Counted from the stretch's first letter, positions 12,335 to 26,754 are shown. The stretch: 64,000 bases of DNA from Tubulanus polymorphus (GCF_964204645.1 NC_134025.1:16839101-16903100); one strand, 5' to 3'. Notes: a model not told the origin generated them from the letters alone. Numbers and translations are program-made.

Positions 12335-15300
12335 CACAGGGGCTTGTAAACTGGCTTGGATTTTACTTCCGGGTTGTTGATAATCTCGCGAGAATGGCGC
12401 TAAATTTAAACTGCAAATAAATTCAAAATATCACAGAAATACCTTGTGTTGATGTTGTTTATCTATCCACTATAGAGTTCCGATAAACAATTGGCTGTTA
12501 AGGATCAGTATTAGCGGGCACGACGCCTTACTATATTAAAATAACAAGGGATGAAACGGCTTCGCTTTTGCCTGTGACCGTATTGATGCGGCGGGAACCA
12601 CTTGCCTTGTTATTTCAATATAGTCAGGTATGTTCATGTCCGCGCGGGGCACCACTATCGATTGTGACGACCATTATTTATTAGGAAGTGTGATGCGCCT
12701 GTTTACTACGCGTTTTGACATCGCGTAGTAAAATCATTCGTAAAACCTGTCTATCAATGCAAATGAGCTAAAATCTTTTGGAATCAACCAATAAGCTCGA
12801 TCTTTATCACTTGGGGGTTGGTTTAGTGTATAAATCCGCATTTCAGTCGAAGAAAATAGAAATCGAAAAATACTCTTTTTCAAAAACAAAATTGGTCAGC
12901 TTGACCCGGAATAAGCGACGAATCATCAGGAATCGGAAGGTTTAGGATCTTAAAATTCAAATACTGAAGACCGTATGATTTTATTTCGTGTCGGGGCTGA
13001 GCCATCGCTGCCGAAAAAGTCGATGCCAAAGTTTTGAGTTGAAGCGAGCGATACAAAATGGCGGCTGGCACTTGTTATAGAATGACGACGCGCCGCGCTG
13101 CTCGTGATGAGATCAATATTTAACAATTATTCATCGGTCTAGCGGTGAATTATTGTATTTATTTTCCGATTCATAATCATTCATCACTATATTTCTGAAT
13201 ATTAGGACAGATTTAGCGAAATGATCCGTAAAATTTTTTTTGCTTGTGAGGCTTGTGATGGGCAAAAATAGAGGCGCGTGATGGGACAGTGAGGCTCCCG
13301 AGGGGATTTTCCAAACGCAGCAAAATTTTAATATACATAAAATATTGTTGAAATTCAGCTCAAAACAAAACAAATGGATTATTATTTAGTTATTATTAGT
13401 AGTATTATTACTATTGCTTGGTTTATGTTTCTAAACTGATTGATTTTATTATGATATCATGAATATATTTCAAATTTCAGCGTTTTGAGCTAAAAGAGCC
13501 ATATTTAAATCAATTTGCAATAGGAGCCTATAGACCTGACTGACAGGCCTTGATAATCATGTCTGATTCATTTCAAAAATTATCTAGTGAAAAAATTATT
13601 TCACCTGAAATCATATCAATATTTCTCAATATTTCACAATTTTTCTTGCCGTTACCATGGAAACCAAATAATAATAATCTATATAATAATAGATATTCCT
13701 AGATAAACTTAGGGCAAACAAACTATTGATAACTAGTTATTCTATCCCTTTATACATCATAACTTTTGATAAAACATCAATATTTTCATTATTTTACCAT
13801 TTATCGGCTGGTTTCCATGGAAACCAAAGGCATTTGGGATCAGATAAAGATTTTGGGTCTTTCAACTGTCACCTGAAAGTGCTATGAGTGTATTGCTCTT
13901 TAAATTTCTAGTCTTTTAGTTTAAGAGATATTGAAGTTTGTGTACATGAAATATTTCCTTCTTAGATCAGTTTTTGCATATTGATGAAGACACTTTTTTT
14001 CGCTCAAATTTTCAAACTTCAATTTGCGATATCTCGAAAACTACTGAAGATAATTCAAAAATTTAAAAAGCATATTGTTATTTGAGCCCTCTCCATTCCA
14101 GCAAGCTTTCTTTCATATTATTTGATATTTCATAGCTATTTGAATTTTTTATGGATATAGCTAATATAGTAAGGCGTCGCGCCCGCTGATAGACTGGTCG
14201 CCTGTCCAATTCTGCGCCACCTGCATTCGCAGTCAGAATAGGACAGGTTTAACCCATCCGCCATCTTCCGTGGAATATACGGATCCAATCAGATTTCAGT
14301 ATTTCCTCACATGAACAATGTAACATGGCCACCTCCAGAGTGTCTTGATTTACGTTCCATGGACCTCTTAAAAGTCGGTTTTTACATCAATGGAAGAAAA
14401 AAACTCGACCTAAACTATCAGGTAACGCTTCTGCGAGAACCTGTACTGCGTGTGGCCTCGAAGATATTGACATACAAGGCAGTATGTCTCCGTTACAGCA
14501 CCATCAAAATCTACCCTGCTCAAAGGAACGGTCATCAATCGACAACAATACCGACGAACTTGAGATGGAATAACCAATTTCTACTGACTGACTTACTGAA
14601 CTGAACCAACCATGCAGCAGAGGCCACGACACCGGCAATTTGTTTGTTCACTTAAGATGGCTGATTGATTATGCTGAATGTGACACTAGATATTAGCAGT
14701 CAATTCAGTGGGTGAAAATATTAGCCTATACGACAGGTAACTTCACTTACTTCACTTCAATGTCTTTTAAAACTTGTGAACAGAATATGAATACTTATTT
14801 ACAAATATTCTGCTGATTGTCTATTGTAGGTCGTTGTGTGTTCTGATGTTGATTTTCTGAGATACAACTCAGGTTTTCTTAAGAATGAGAAGTTATACGT
14901 ATTAAATTGAATGAGCTCAACATGCACAGAATGAATTGTTGTTGTATCATGGCAAGTTTGAAAAAATGATGAAACATGATTTGAAAACTCAATCCAGGTT
15001 TAATTGTTAGTATATGTATATTGGTTTAATTTCAGAAAGTAACCTCAATCACGAATCAAAGAGATTACTACATGAGCGAGCATGCAATTGGAATTGAGAT
15101 TGGATTTAGGGCTTCTTTCTGGTCAAGACTTGGTCTTTGTAGAGATATCAGTGTCATTCTGTTGTCACACAATTTGCTATGTTACAAAATACGTATGTCA
15201 CCATCTTGTCAGGCAGTCTGTATATTGAATAAGATTTTGTACTAGAAGTGGACAATAAATATAGAATTTCCAGTAAAAAAGATTTTGTCGTGATGGATTT

Positions 15301-16163
15301 TATACTCAATTTCTAGCAAAAATCATGTATGGTCCATGAGGAGAGGAAAATATTGCAAATATCCAGTTGATCTGAATAACTGGTCTATCCCAACTTGCTG
15401 TCTGTATCATAAGGAATATATGTAGAGATGCCGCGTTGGATCCAAATATCTGATATAAAAAAACTGACAAGGAGTTCAACTATTGTAAACTTTATTCGGA
15501 CTTTAGTCATTTTCACATCATCAGAAACACAACAATTGAGTGAATATATTTTACATATGGTTGACAAAGAAACCATGTCGCCCTTCAGCCAAGTTCCCTC
15601 AGAATGTCTATCACAGCTGATCCCTTTTTCTTACCAACAAAATTAATAAGTATCAATTCAGTAGTGGCTATTTGAATTCCGAGTAATATCAGCGGATTCA
15701 TTCGATACTCACAGCAATTAATGCCTTTTGTTCGGTCCTTAAATTTCCGTTTGTTTGCTGATTTCATTTATGATTCATAGATTATCAGCTGATTTACTGT
15801 AATCAATCATTCCAGTGCGATTTTGATATTACTCTTAGTTTCGCTTATGCGATGAAATGCCATATTAACCCGGAACTAACTCGATACTGACAGGTTTGAC
15901 ATGCATCGAAAATGTAAAATGGAGGATGGGATCAACCGGTCTCTAACTGAAGACAGAGACCCGCAACCAGTCTAGCCCGCTGATTGATACTGATCCTTAA
16001 CAGCCAATTGTTTATCGGAACTCTATAGTGGATAAATAAACAACATCGACAAAAGAAATTTCTGTGATATTTTGAATTTATTTGCAGTTTAAATTTAGCG
16101 CCATTCTCGCGAGATTATCAACAACCCGGAAGTAAAATCCAAGCCAGTTTACAATCCCCTGTG
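12335..16163. mobile_element. Non-autonomous DNA transposon (possibly composite) with ~180-bp CACAGGGG TIRs
   Basis: 12335-12515 is the reverse complement of ~15985-16163; same family as 24715-25504; only a 3-bp GTG flanking match. Confidence 0.75.
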
Positions 16164-17949
16164 GTGCTCTGGCAAAAACCGTAAAGTTTCCCAAGTCTCT
16201 GTTTATAACGCATGCGCATTAGGAAGTTTTGGGGAAATCCTCTAAGTCCAGAAATTGGTCGCGTGCGCATGCGTCGCTACATGTGTTATATTTTCCTAAA
16301 CTGGGTCATGTCAGAACGCTGAAACATAGAACTATAACGGAATGAACCTGCGTGAACTTTTGCGCAGCGGGAAGGCGCAGTTTGTTTGGTCACTTAAGAG
16401 GATCATTTGTATTTTTGGGAATGACAGGTGTTCAAGTGGTCTTGCCATAAGCTAAAAATCTAAGATATATATCGCATCGGTATATTAAAAAAAGGATGAA
16501 TGTATTTTTCTGCTACACATTCGGGATTTGAACCTAATAGCACTTAAAAGTAATTCCTGGGGCTATCAAAGTTCATTATTTCATATTCGGGATGCTGTAA
16601 CTTTTTTACTCGGCAAACAATAACCCAGCGACACTTTAATCATCAAAGTTCATGTCGTAACGCTTGAAATACGATCAGTAATTTTCGGGTTTCATATCTG
16701 ATAGCGCCGCTTATAAGATGAACAGCGTAAATAAGATCAATATTTTTACGGGATTCGAACCTAATGGAAAATACAGCGACTATTAGTCATTAAAGTTCAC
16801 ATGTAGCTCACATGTAGTGCCGCATGCACAATGTGCCGATTTCTCGACTTAGAGCAATTCCAGCACTGACTAATGCGCATGCGTTAGGTAGAAACGTAGG
16901 GTCGTCATTAGTTCCAAGACGAGTTTGTCGATGACGTCATTGGTAAATAATAACATAACCACGTGCGTGAGGAACAGATTTAAATACAAAGACTTTATTC
17001 AACCAATTCTGTGCGCCGAATTGTATGATCATAAACGAATTGCCGCAATCTTTTCCTTCGTTATCATCCTTTGATGATTCTTTGTTCAACATTATTCAAA
17101 AACGAATAACCACTAGTATGTAAATAAACAAAATGCATTATTTACTTGCGTAGAAGTAGTAATGTTTATTTTCTTGCAAGACTTATAATGATAAAATCAA
17201 ATAACTCTTGCTAGTAGACTATTGATGTGTTTTTAGATACCCATTCAACAATAGCCGGAATCATAGAATAGAAAGTTCTTCAATTCGTCTTAAATTTAGT
17301 ATGATATGTGAAACTGGGTCTACTGAAAATATCAATTCGAAACCCTGTCCTATTTCAGTAGTATGAACTAACTGATAGCTTATCATTAGAGATTTCAGAA
17401 AAAACAACATAAAACACGAAACAAAACTTATTATTTCTTTTATTCCACGATTAAGCCTTCTCAGCAGAGTTCGATTCAGACCAACATGTCTTGCAATCCT
17501 TCATTACCAGGTCGACTTGCATATGTATTTCTACGGGTATCCCGTAAATTTACGTGACTTCCTGTAGATTAATGCTGCTTTCTGTCACAAAGTTTACTTG
17601 CGCATAATATCTATATTTTTGATTTTATAATTTGTCATTTCAGGTAGAATATACTCCTATAAATCTGTATTAACTGCCTTATTTCATTAATTGCAGTTTC
17701 ATTAAATAAAACACTGTCTAAGAATTGATTTTGAATGAATCAGTGTTGACTAGCCATGTGGTGGCAGCACAAGACGGATCCAAATATATGCGGGCTGTTT
17801 CTAGCTGAAATAACTAGTAATGCAAATGTATTATTTCGGGTGTATTTTAAGAATATTTAGGCTGAAACATAAATAGCGGTATATAGATGTAGGTATTCAT
17901 CACAATTCAAAGTTTATTTAGTAGATTAGAAGACAAAAATTAATTTTAA

Positions 17950-19057
17950 AACTAGGGGTCCAGGGACACCATGCCCACTTGGGAAGTGGTTTCAAATGCT
18001 CAACAATCTAACAATTTCAATATTCAACGCCCCCTGGTGACCATTTACAAAAACCAACAACCTTGAAACTCAACAAAATCATAGAACATGTCAGCAGCTA
18101 CGATTTTGTAATTAATTGTGATAAAAAAATATGCCTCGTTACCAATTCAATATGGAAATACTAAGTCATTCTACTATTCAATGCCCCCTGGTGACCATAT
18201 AGAAAAACTAATGTCCCCAAAACTCGCAACAATCATAGATGATGTCATGAGCTACAACTTTCCAATTGATTGTGGTTACAAAATATGCATAGGTACGAAT
18301 ATAATAAAGAAAAGCGAAGATATTGTATTATTCAACGCCCCCTGGTGGCCATATACGATATCCAATTACCTTGAAACTCACCACAATCATAGAACACATT
18401 ATGAGCTACAACTTTCTAATTGATTGTGGTAGCAAAATACGCTTAGGTATCAATATAATGTGGAAAAAACTTTTTCCCACTTATGAATGAGTACTGGTGA
18501 CACAAAGATGGCCGCCAACTGCGTCATAATTAGCTGATGAAAAATACCTCCTGTCTCAGGTATAAAACATCCCTTTCCAAATAATACCCATCACAAATTG
18601 CAATGAGAAATGGCAAACCAGTAGCAAGCTACAGGACTCAGAATTCGGGCCAAAATTAACATTTTTGGGCACTAAAAAGGTCATAGGACGGCCATCTTGA
18701 GTCCGACCGACCCAATTTTTGTTATGTTGATGTGCCCTGGGGGGATTCACATGTATCCGAAAGATCAAGGTAATTGATCAAAGCGTCTTCAAAATTTCCC
18801 TCAAAAAGTTCAAAAATGTGTAAAAAGTGCTGATTTTGGCGAACAACAATGGCTGCTAGTCGGCCATTTTGATTCTGACAGGGCCAGTTTTTGGGCTGAA
18901 GATGTGTCTAGGGTAGATACATGTGTAACCCAAATATCAAGACGTTACCTTGAAGCGTCTTCAAAACTTCCAAAAATAACTGGATTCCGTCTACGGACTG
19001 ACGAACGAAAAGTGAACGCAATAGCCCGCTGGGACTAAAGTCCCAAGTGGGCTAAAA
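17950..19057 (+). mobile_element. Near-complete Helentron-associated non-autonomous element with internal ~155-bp tandem array
   Basis: aaaactag start; 12-bp inverted repeat GCCCACTTGGGA (17973-17984)/TCCCAAGTGGGC (19041-19052); 3' hairpin GGGACTAAAGTCCC; A-run flank; other copies in the window. Confidence 0.65.
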
Positions 19058-19161
19058 AGGTAATCAAAACAAAACATTCCAGTCGATCAAAAGATCGTTT
19101 ATTCTCTTTTTTTAAATTTCAGTGTTATTTTTGCATTTCATTCAACATACTAACAGCATGT

Positions 19162-19192
19162 ATATTATTATTATTATTATTATTATTATTAT
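19162..19192. repeat. (TTA)n microsatellite
   Basis: Direct read. Confidence 0.9.
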
Positions 19193-19880
19193 GGTATTTT
19201 AATTGCCGGAATTCACTTAAGTGATCAATGACACTTTATTACTGAATAAATCTAATGTGGTGAAAACAAATGTATATTAGTTATACATACTGTTAAAAAG
19301 TTTGTTTCAGCTTCCACAATCTATGTTTATGGGAAATGGTTCTTAAGAAAAAGGTACCGTACCAATTTATTAATTTCAATTATATTTAAAATGTGCAAAT
19401 TATTGATATAAGGCTGATAAAATTATAGTAATAAAAGCATATGATTAATTTAAATTGCTTTCTTTGAAAACTTTCGATATTAATGTGAGATTTGCTCCTT
19501 CTTCTATGCCCACTCCTGGTGTCTGTCATTTGCTGAACACTTGAGCCTTGAAGCTCATATTACTGGAAGACAAAGAAATAATAAATCATTTCGTTGGCGT
19601 TCAACGAAAACAAGAAAATTGGAAACTGAGATAGGCTTGCTGTAAGAATTTATTTAAAGTCAATAATCTTTTTCTACATCGTCGCGATGATGATTTAATT
19701 CGCTCTTAGATATTCAACAGTGATATCTTCACCCAAAAGAATGTTTTTATAGGTTTCCATACCTCTGAATGAGACTAGCGTACACGGGGCATCGGAGTCA
19801 TCTTTGAAAAATAATTACTCCCAAACGCCACGCAGGAATCTCGTAGTACATGGTGAAATCGTTTGTATACCAGTTTACTT

Positions 19881-22041
19881 TAATAATAATAAGTTTATTT
19901 CTTCACTAAAGAGATACAATACAGAAATACAGTCATCACTATTACATAAAAGAAAAATTGGTTACAGAAAGTACTTCTACACTGTAAAGCGTAGTAAAGA
20001 AAAAGGACAAAAAGGGACCCCAAAGGGGGGTATACTTTTAATGAAAAAAAGCCTAATGCCCTGGCGGAATGGATGGACATGATGTTAAACACAAGTATGA
20101 TAAGTATTAATACAATCCTATTATATGTCTTTTCAAATTCCGCTTGAATATATCGATGTTGGATGCTTGCTGAAGTTCAGTTGGAAGAGAATTCCAGACT
20201 CTAATACAATTAATGTTAGGAGAAAACATCCTGATATTGGTTCTGTAATAAGGTAAACGAAATTGATTAGAGTTACGGGTGTTGTGGGAATGAAGATCAG
20301 AAATACGAATTAAACTATTGGACAATTTGACAGGCAGCAACACATGGACAGATTTATACATCAGTACAGAATTTTGGAACACATTGATGTCTTGAAGTTT
20401 GAGTTGATACGACTTTTTGAACAGTGGAGTAGTGTGTTCTAGAAAATTTACCCCACTAGCAATGCGAATAGCGCGTTTTTGAAGCAAAATAAGGGGTCGT
20501 AACCTAGTTACATAATTAGATGCCCAGACGATATTACAGTACTGTAGATACGGAAGGATGAAACCGTTGAATAACTTGATGAGCGCGGATCTAGGAAAAA
20601 TACGTCGTGCTTTTCTTAATACACCAATATTTCTGCTAACAATAGAGCACAGCTTGTTTATGTGGGAGTTCCATGTTAGGCTGTCATCAATTATTACACC
20701 AAGGAATTTTGTTTCTCTGTTTCTAGTTATTGAAACATTACCCATTACAAGGTCGATATCATCAAGAATATTGATCTTTTTATGGAAAAGCATATAATTC
20801 GTTTTCAACAGATTAGCAGATAGCCTATTGGAGTTTAGCCAGTTAAACAGTTTAGTGAGCTCAACATTAGTATTTGATTGCAGTATATTCAGATCGGAAT
20901 GAGAGTTAATGGCAGTCGTATCGTCAGCAAATAGTAAAAAGTTTAAATTACAAGAATAAACGATGTCATTAACAAACAAAATGAATAGCAAGGGCCCTAA
21001 GATGGAACCCTGAGGTACCCCTATAGGAATGGGACTGACATCAGATAAATAGTTCTTGAACGACACTTGCTGTAAGCGGTTAGTGAGGTAGGATTTGAAC
21101 CATGAATGAGCAACCCCTCGAATTCTGTAACTATACAACTTGTCTAATAATATAGAATGATCAATAGTGTCAAATGCTTTTTTTAAATCAAGCATGATAC
21201 TAACAGTAAATTTTCCATTATCTAGATTCTCAGTGATGTAATTAGTAAATGCGATTAAAGCATGTGACGTGGAGAGACCTTTTCGAAAACCGAATTGGTT
21301 ACAAGAGAGAATATTGTGTTTATCAATAAAAGAAGATAACCTGTTGCTAACAGCTTTTTCAAAAAGTTTTGAAAATGCTGGTAAAAGTGAAATGGGGCGG
21401 TAATTGGACACATTATTTATAACACCGGATTTATAAACAGGGACTACCCTAGCCATTTTGATACCCGATGGGACAATACCAGTAACAAATGAATTGTTAA
21501 TTACATGCTTTAACGGTTTGCAAATATGCTCGATAGACTGTTTAAAAATAAACATAGGGATTTCATCCCATCCAGATGAAGTTTTGCCTATAAACTGTGA
21601 AACAATGTCATGAATTTCTATTTCAGTAACCGGAAACATAAAGAAATTATCAGATATGTTAGTTACATGTGTTTCCCTATTGGGTTCTGGTTGCGGTATA
21701 TCGCTAGCAATAGAGGAGCCTATAGTACTAAAATAATCATTAAATAGATTAGCAATAGCTTTACAATTATTTATAACAGTACCAGAGGAGTCTAATAAGG
21801 CAGATGGTAATTTTGGAGGGCCCTTCAAGGCTAAGGTCTTTTTAATGACGTTCCATGTATCCTTTACCTTGGATTTAGAAAAATCAATGCAAGAAGCGTA
21901 ATACGAACGCTCTGCGAATCTGAGTAAGTGTTTAAGCTTATTATTATATATAGTATACTCAGATTTATCGTCAGAGTTACGAGATTTCAAATACTTTTTA
22001 TAGAGGGAATTCTTACGTTTAATCGATATAAGAAGCCCTTT
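19881..22041 (-). mobile_element. 5'-truncated non-LTR retrotransposon (CR1/L2/Crack-like LINE)
   Basis: Uninterrupted RT frame from ~22041 (KGLLISIKRKN) to 20107; short 3' UTR, AATAAA and (TTA)n tail at 19881-19899; no endonuclease domain. Confidence 0.9.
20107..21990 (-). CDS. LINE ORF2 reverse transcriptase (N-terminally truncated)
   Basis: NYRPISLL, QFGFR, DLKKAFDT, GVPQGSILGPLLF, FADD, KFLGV motifs. Confidence 0.95.
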   Translation of the reverse strand: MKSRNSDDKSEYTIYNNKLKHLLRFAERSYYASCIDFSKSKVKDTWNVIKKTLALKGPPKLPSALLDSSGTVINNCKAIANLFNDYFSTIGSSIASDIPQPEPNRETHVTNISDNFFMFPVTEIEIHDIVSQFIGKTSSGWDEIPMFIFKQSIEHICKPLKHVINNSFVTGIVPSGIKMARVVPVYKSGVINNVSNYRPISLLPAFSKLFEKAVSNRLSSFIDKHNILSCNQFGFRKGLSTSHALIAFTNYITENLDNGKFTVSIMLDLKKAFDTIDHSILLDKLYSYRIRGVAHSWFKSYLTNRLQQVSFKNYLSDVSPIPIGVPQGSILGPLLFILFVNDIVYSCNLNFLLFADDTTAINSHSDLNILQSNTNVELTKLFNWLNSNRLSANLLKTNYMLFHKKINILDDIDLVMGNVSITRNRETKFLGVIIDDSLTWNSHINKLCSIVSRNIGVLRKARRIFPRSALIKLFNGFILPYLQYCNIVWASNYVTRLRPLILLQKRAIRIASGVNFLEHTTPLFKKSYQLKLQDINVFQNSVLMYKSVHVLLPVKLSNSLIRISDLHSHNTRNSNQFRLPYYRTNIRMFSPNINCIRVWNSLPTELQQASNIDIFKRNLKRHIIGLY

Positions 22042-23154
22042 AACCTAGAAAAGATTCAACTTCCCACGTGCAATGATAAAATACCACGGCTCTATTTACT
22101 GAAGGAAGGCAAGGCAAAATAATTGTGCGAGTCACTTCAAACAGTTGCAGCGATCGCCATCTATGTAGTAACTAACACATCAATATAAAAAAACAAAGAA
22201 TAAGTTGTTTCTAGCCTTTTTAAACCTTATCCAATCACAAACAACGTAACATAAATGTTTGAGAGGCTAAATATAATTGGTCAGACTGAGTCAGAAGGTA
22301 GTCACGTATATTTACGGGATACCCGTAGAAATACATATGCAAGTCGACCTGATTACAGTAAGAATGGATTAAAAAACGATGTTTTAGGTCAACTGCCAGT
22401 CCTTTCTAGTCCTGATAAGACTTTTTATCAGGTATTTACTGTCAAGCCCGACTGAGCTAGGCCACCGTCTGATGCTCTCTCTCAAGTCAAGTTGAAATAG
22501 ACATTTCCGACTGCTCTAACAGATAAGAGCGCGTACCAGGACGCAAGTGGTGGTAAGATTCAAGAATAGGGGACTAGGTTGTTAACATAGTTTATATCAA
22601 CCCGCCATCTAAATAATTACCTCCACTGTAATTTGCATTAATTACTACAACAGCCGACGATTTTTGTTCAAAGTATTAGACTACTTAGAAACCACAACAA
22701 CCCAAACTAATCCGTCAATATAATCACATATAAAAGAACACGGCCCGCCATGACGTCACACTAATTACCACCAAAAACCGTCCGACTTCTATCATCTGAA
22801 GCGGGGTGTCCAGCGGGCGCAACGGAAAGGCCGCAAATGATACAATTTCAACCAGTAATTCAACACCCGTTCTTTGGATAAATGGAAAACAACATTACGG
22901 TGACAAAAACAGACACCACACAAAAATGAAGAGACAACAAATAAGGGGGCACCTCCATATTCACAATTCACATCCCAAGAACAAGGACTTGGTGTAGATA
23001 TTCCACCCCCCAATTTTCATGAAACAACCACAAACAACTCATCAATTACTAATTCATAACAACTAAATTTATTTACGTACGGTACATAAAACAAAATTAA
23101 TACAATCCTCAAATTTAATGCATCAGATTAAATAAGCAATCAAACCTACGATCT

Positions 23155-23385
23155 TAACACACACTCCAGTACCGTACACACTCACTCTCACTCACAGTAC
23201 ATGCTTACACTCGCACTAAATTATTAGACACTATCATTCTTACTCGTACTCAAACTACACACTCACTCTCACCTATACGAGCAATTATCTAGTTTAGATA
23301 ATTGCTCGTAGCTCTCACAGTACCGTACACGCTTACAGTCACTGACACTCACATTACACTCTCACTCAAACACTTTCACTCATAG
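23155..23385. repeat. (CACT/CA)-rich low-complexity repeat
   Basis: Degenerate cactca/cacagtac units; similar tract at 24230-24405. Confidence 0.75.
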
Positions 23386-24229
23386 TCAGTAACCTGTTTG
23401 TGGTTTAGTTTCACGATCGGATATTTTCACAAACCAGTCAGGAATGGGAAGGTCATTTTTGTATGAAATCTTCGTCAGCCAATTTGACTGACGAGTAATT
23501 TGCCTGGCATTTCATTGTCTCTTAAGATATCCGTCTAATTTTTGTTGTAATCGACGCACAACAGAATCGTAGTTTGTCTTATACCTATAACACCTCACCT
23601 GACGATCTTAATCCATGTGCAAATCGGCCGTAAAGTGAGAGTAAATTTCCGTCCAGTCAACAGCTGCCATTTTGAAAATTACTAGAGGTGCTGGCACCTG
23701 TGGACTGAGGCCAGGACAACAGCACAAACTAACAAAGCGAAACGACGAAATTTAAAAAAATTAAGAAATCAACACTTATTCACATTTTTCTTTTACCAGA
23801 AATGTATTATTTCATTATTTGTTATGGAAAACACGAAGATTTGAAATAAAAGTTGGAAAACCATCAAAAATAAAAATTGTCGTTTCGTCTTGGAAGTTTT
23901 ATATAAATCCTTGTAGGTCCCCTTGTCTTATCATGCCACATGTGCAATACAGAGAAATGGCAGCCAATGGCGAAATTTGTGGAGAAATTAATAAATTTCT
24001 CAAAATAATGTTGATTAATCACTCGAAACATACATAAAATTGGATTATTTCGAAAGGTACCTGTGTTAGTTTGGGAATTAAGCCATTAATTGTGGACTGA
24101 AGTGAATAGAAAGTATATTTTTGAAGTGTTACTTTTTTCAACCGTGTTTTGGTCCTTGTCATCCCTAACGTTGGTATAAGCCCATCCGATTATAAAAAGC
24201 TTACCACCAACAATTAGGTAAGTAACTAT

Positions 24230-24405
24230 TTCACTCACTGACACTCACAGTACACACTCACTCACCGTACACGCTCACAGTCACTCACTCACAGTCTCAC
24301 TCTCACTCAAACACTGTCACTCACTGGCACTCACAGTACACACCCACTCTCACTCTCACTCACTCTCTCGCACTCACAGTACAAAGTACACAGTACACTC
24401 ACTCA
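24230..24405. repeat. (CACT/CA)-rich low-complexity repeat
   Basis: Degenerate cactcac/cacagtac units. Confidence 0.75.
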
Positions 24406-24434
24406 TCTTTTATCTGAATCTGTTCAACATTTTT

Positions 24435-25612
24435 GAGGTGTAGTCGTAGAGCTGCAGAGTTGTCTGTACATGTACCACGTTCTATATATTTTTTCTTCAG
24501 TTGTTGAGGTGTCGAGGTGTAGAGCTGTAGAGTTGTCTGTACCAAAATCACATTCTCTCTATATCTTTGTCAGTTGTTGAGGTGTCGAGGTGTCGAGGTG
24601 TAGAGTTGTCTGTACCAAAACCACATTCTCTCTATATCTCTGTCAGTTGTTGAGGTGTCGAGGTGTAGAGTTGTCTGTACCAAAACCACATTCTCTCTAC
24701 ATCTCTGTCAGTTGCACAGGGGTTTGGCGATGGGCTTGGATTTTATTTCCGGGTTGTTGATAATCTCGCGAGAATGGCGCTAAATATGAACTACGAATAA
24801 ATTCAAAATATCACGGAAATACCTTGTGTTTATATTGTTTATTTATCCGCTATAAAGTTTCGATAAACAATTGGTTGTTAAGAATCATTATCAGACGGTC
24901 GTCACGCTTTACTATATAAAATCACAAGGGATGAAACGCCAGGCCTCCGCTGTACTTAAATTTTCAGCCAGAAAGTTGGGACAGTCACGTGACATTCTGA
25001 TGACATCATCGCATTTAAAACTTCAACACGAAAAGTTAACATATTCACTGACCGATATCAATTGTCAGATTATGATTCATATGAAATAAATAACTTATAA
25101 AGAATAAATTATGATGAAATATATAATTCATAGTCAAAAAATGCATTTGAATGCAAGTTATTCTCAAACATTTTTCGTATCATAGTTTCCATCTTATATG
25201 CTTCAGGTTCGCGTTCAGTCAAATAAGAAGCGTTAAGTCACGTGACTGTCCCAACTTTCTGGTTGGCACGACTTGAACTGCGTTTCATCCCTTGTGATTT
25301 TATATAGTAAAGCGTGACGATCGTCTGATAATGATCCTTAACGACCAATTGTTTATCAGAACTTTATAGCGGATAAATAAACAATATAAACACAAGGTAT
25401 TTCCGTGATATTTTGAATTTATTCGCAGTTCATATTTAGCACCATTCTCGCGAGATTATCAACAACCCGGAAATAAAATCCAAGCCCATTGCCAAACCCC
25501 TGTGGTCAGTTGTTGAGGTGTCGAGGTGTAGAGCTGTAGAGTTGTCTGTACCAAAGCCACATTCTCTCTATATCTTTGTCAGTTGTTGAGGTGTAGAACT
25601 GTAGAGTTGTCA
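24435..25612. repeat. ~60-70-bp minisatellite interrupted by a MITE
   Basis: Units gtcagttgttgaggtgtcgaggtgtagag..ttgtctgtaccaaa..cacattctctct on both sides of 24715-25504. Confidence 0.85.
24715..25504. mobile_element. 790-bp MITE with ~240-270-bp TIRs and 8-bp TSD GTCAGTTG (P- or hAT-like)
   Basis: CACAGGGG...CCCCTGTG ends; GTCAGTTG at 24707-24714 and 25505-25512. Confidence 0.9.
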
Positions 25613-26048
25613 GTCATAAGGCATCAGACCACAATTAGGTTAGTAGCTCGAAGATGCGCAGGGCCGGACCCCAAAAATAGTACCTAGAGTGAAGAAGAGG
25701 TCCCCCATAAATGTTGCCATAATTTCTGCAAATGGGATAGGTAACGAATTTCGGTTATATGTATGAAATCCATTGATCCTGAGAGACAGATTGATGATGA
25801 AATAAGGGATTCCCTGGACTTTTTTTGCTTGGAGTAAGGGTACCAAACACGGTGGGGGATTCCCTTAGATATTTGGCTCGGATGTACTGGCATACCTGTA
25901 CTGGGATACCCCTCCTTTCTAAAGGTTTGATTATTTCAAAAGTTAGGTTGGGTATGTGGGGCGAAAACCACTTCAATGCGTAGCTAAGATGCTGGCCTAT
26001 GAGCCATAAGCAGGATTTCCCCTGAATTTACGCGCTTATATATGAACT

Positions 26049-26754
26049 AAACTCTCTAATTTCTTGTTTTTACTATAGGATATAGAAGATTTTGGAATAG
26101 TGGTCTGAGCTCTGACAAAAGCCACGTTCTCTCTTTATGATCATGTCGCACCGCCATCTATCCACCAGTCCTTTTTGGATTGCTAAGTATCGCCAGGTAC
26201 CATCTATAGACAATTTACGGGAGCTACCACCCGCTATAGTCCCCTATTCTTAAATCGCACCCACGTGGTTATGTTATTATTTATATATGACGTCATCGAC
26301 AAACTCGTCTTGGAACTAATGACGACCGAAACGGAGACTTGGAAAACTTTACGGTTTTTGCGGTGCTCTGTGCACGCGGCAACAACCAGGGACACATTTC
26401 CATGATTATATTGTATTCTTTCCGGCGATAGCATAGCATTCACGAGACGTGTAGCCGTAGGCTATTTCTGACATAGTTTTAGATCCTGGACCTGGTTTAG
26501 TACATACCTTGCCATACTGATTTTCAACGGATCGGCAGACTTCCAACTCCAAACATTCGACTTCCACGCTGCCGCCGTGAACTGAACGTTGGACTGTTTG
26601 AGATCAGTCAGGATTAGGGTCGTTTCGCCTATCGCTTAGCATTTTCGATTTCGGCATAGTCTATCTTAGTAGACTGGTTCCGGTCTCTGGGAGCTCAGAC
26701 CGCTATTCTAAAATCTTCTATATCCTATGGTAAAAACAAGAATTTTGAGAGTTT
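26049..26754. repeat. ~65-bp inverted repeat pair (probable MITE remnant)
   Basis: 26049-26112 is the reverse complement of 26691-26754. Confidence 0.65.
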
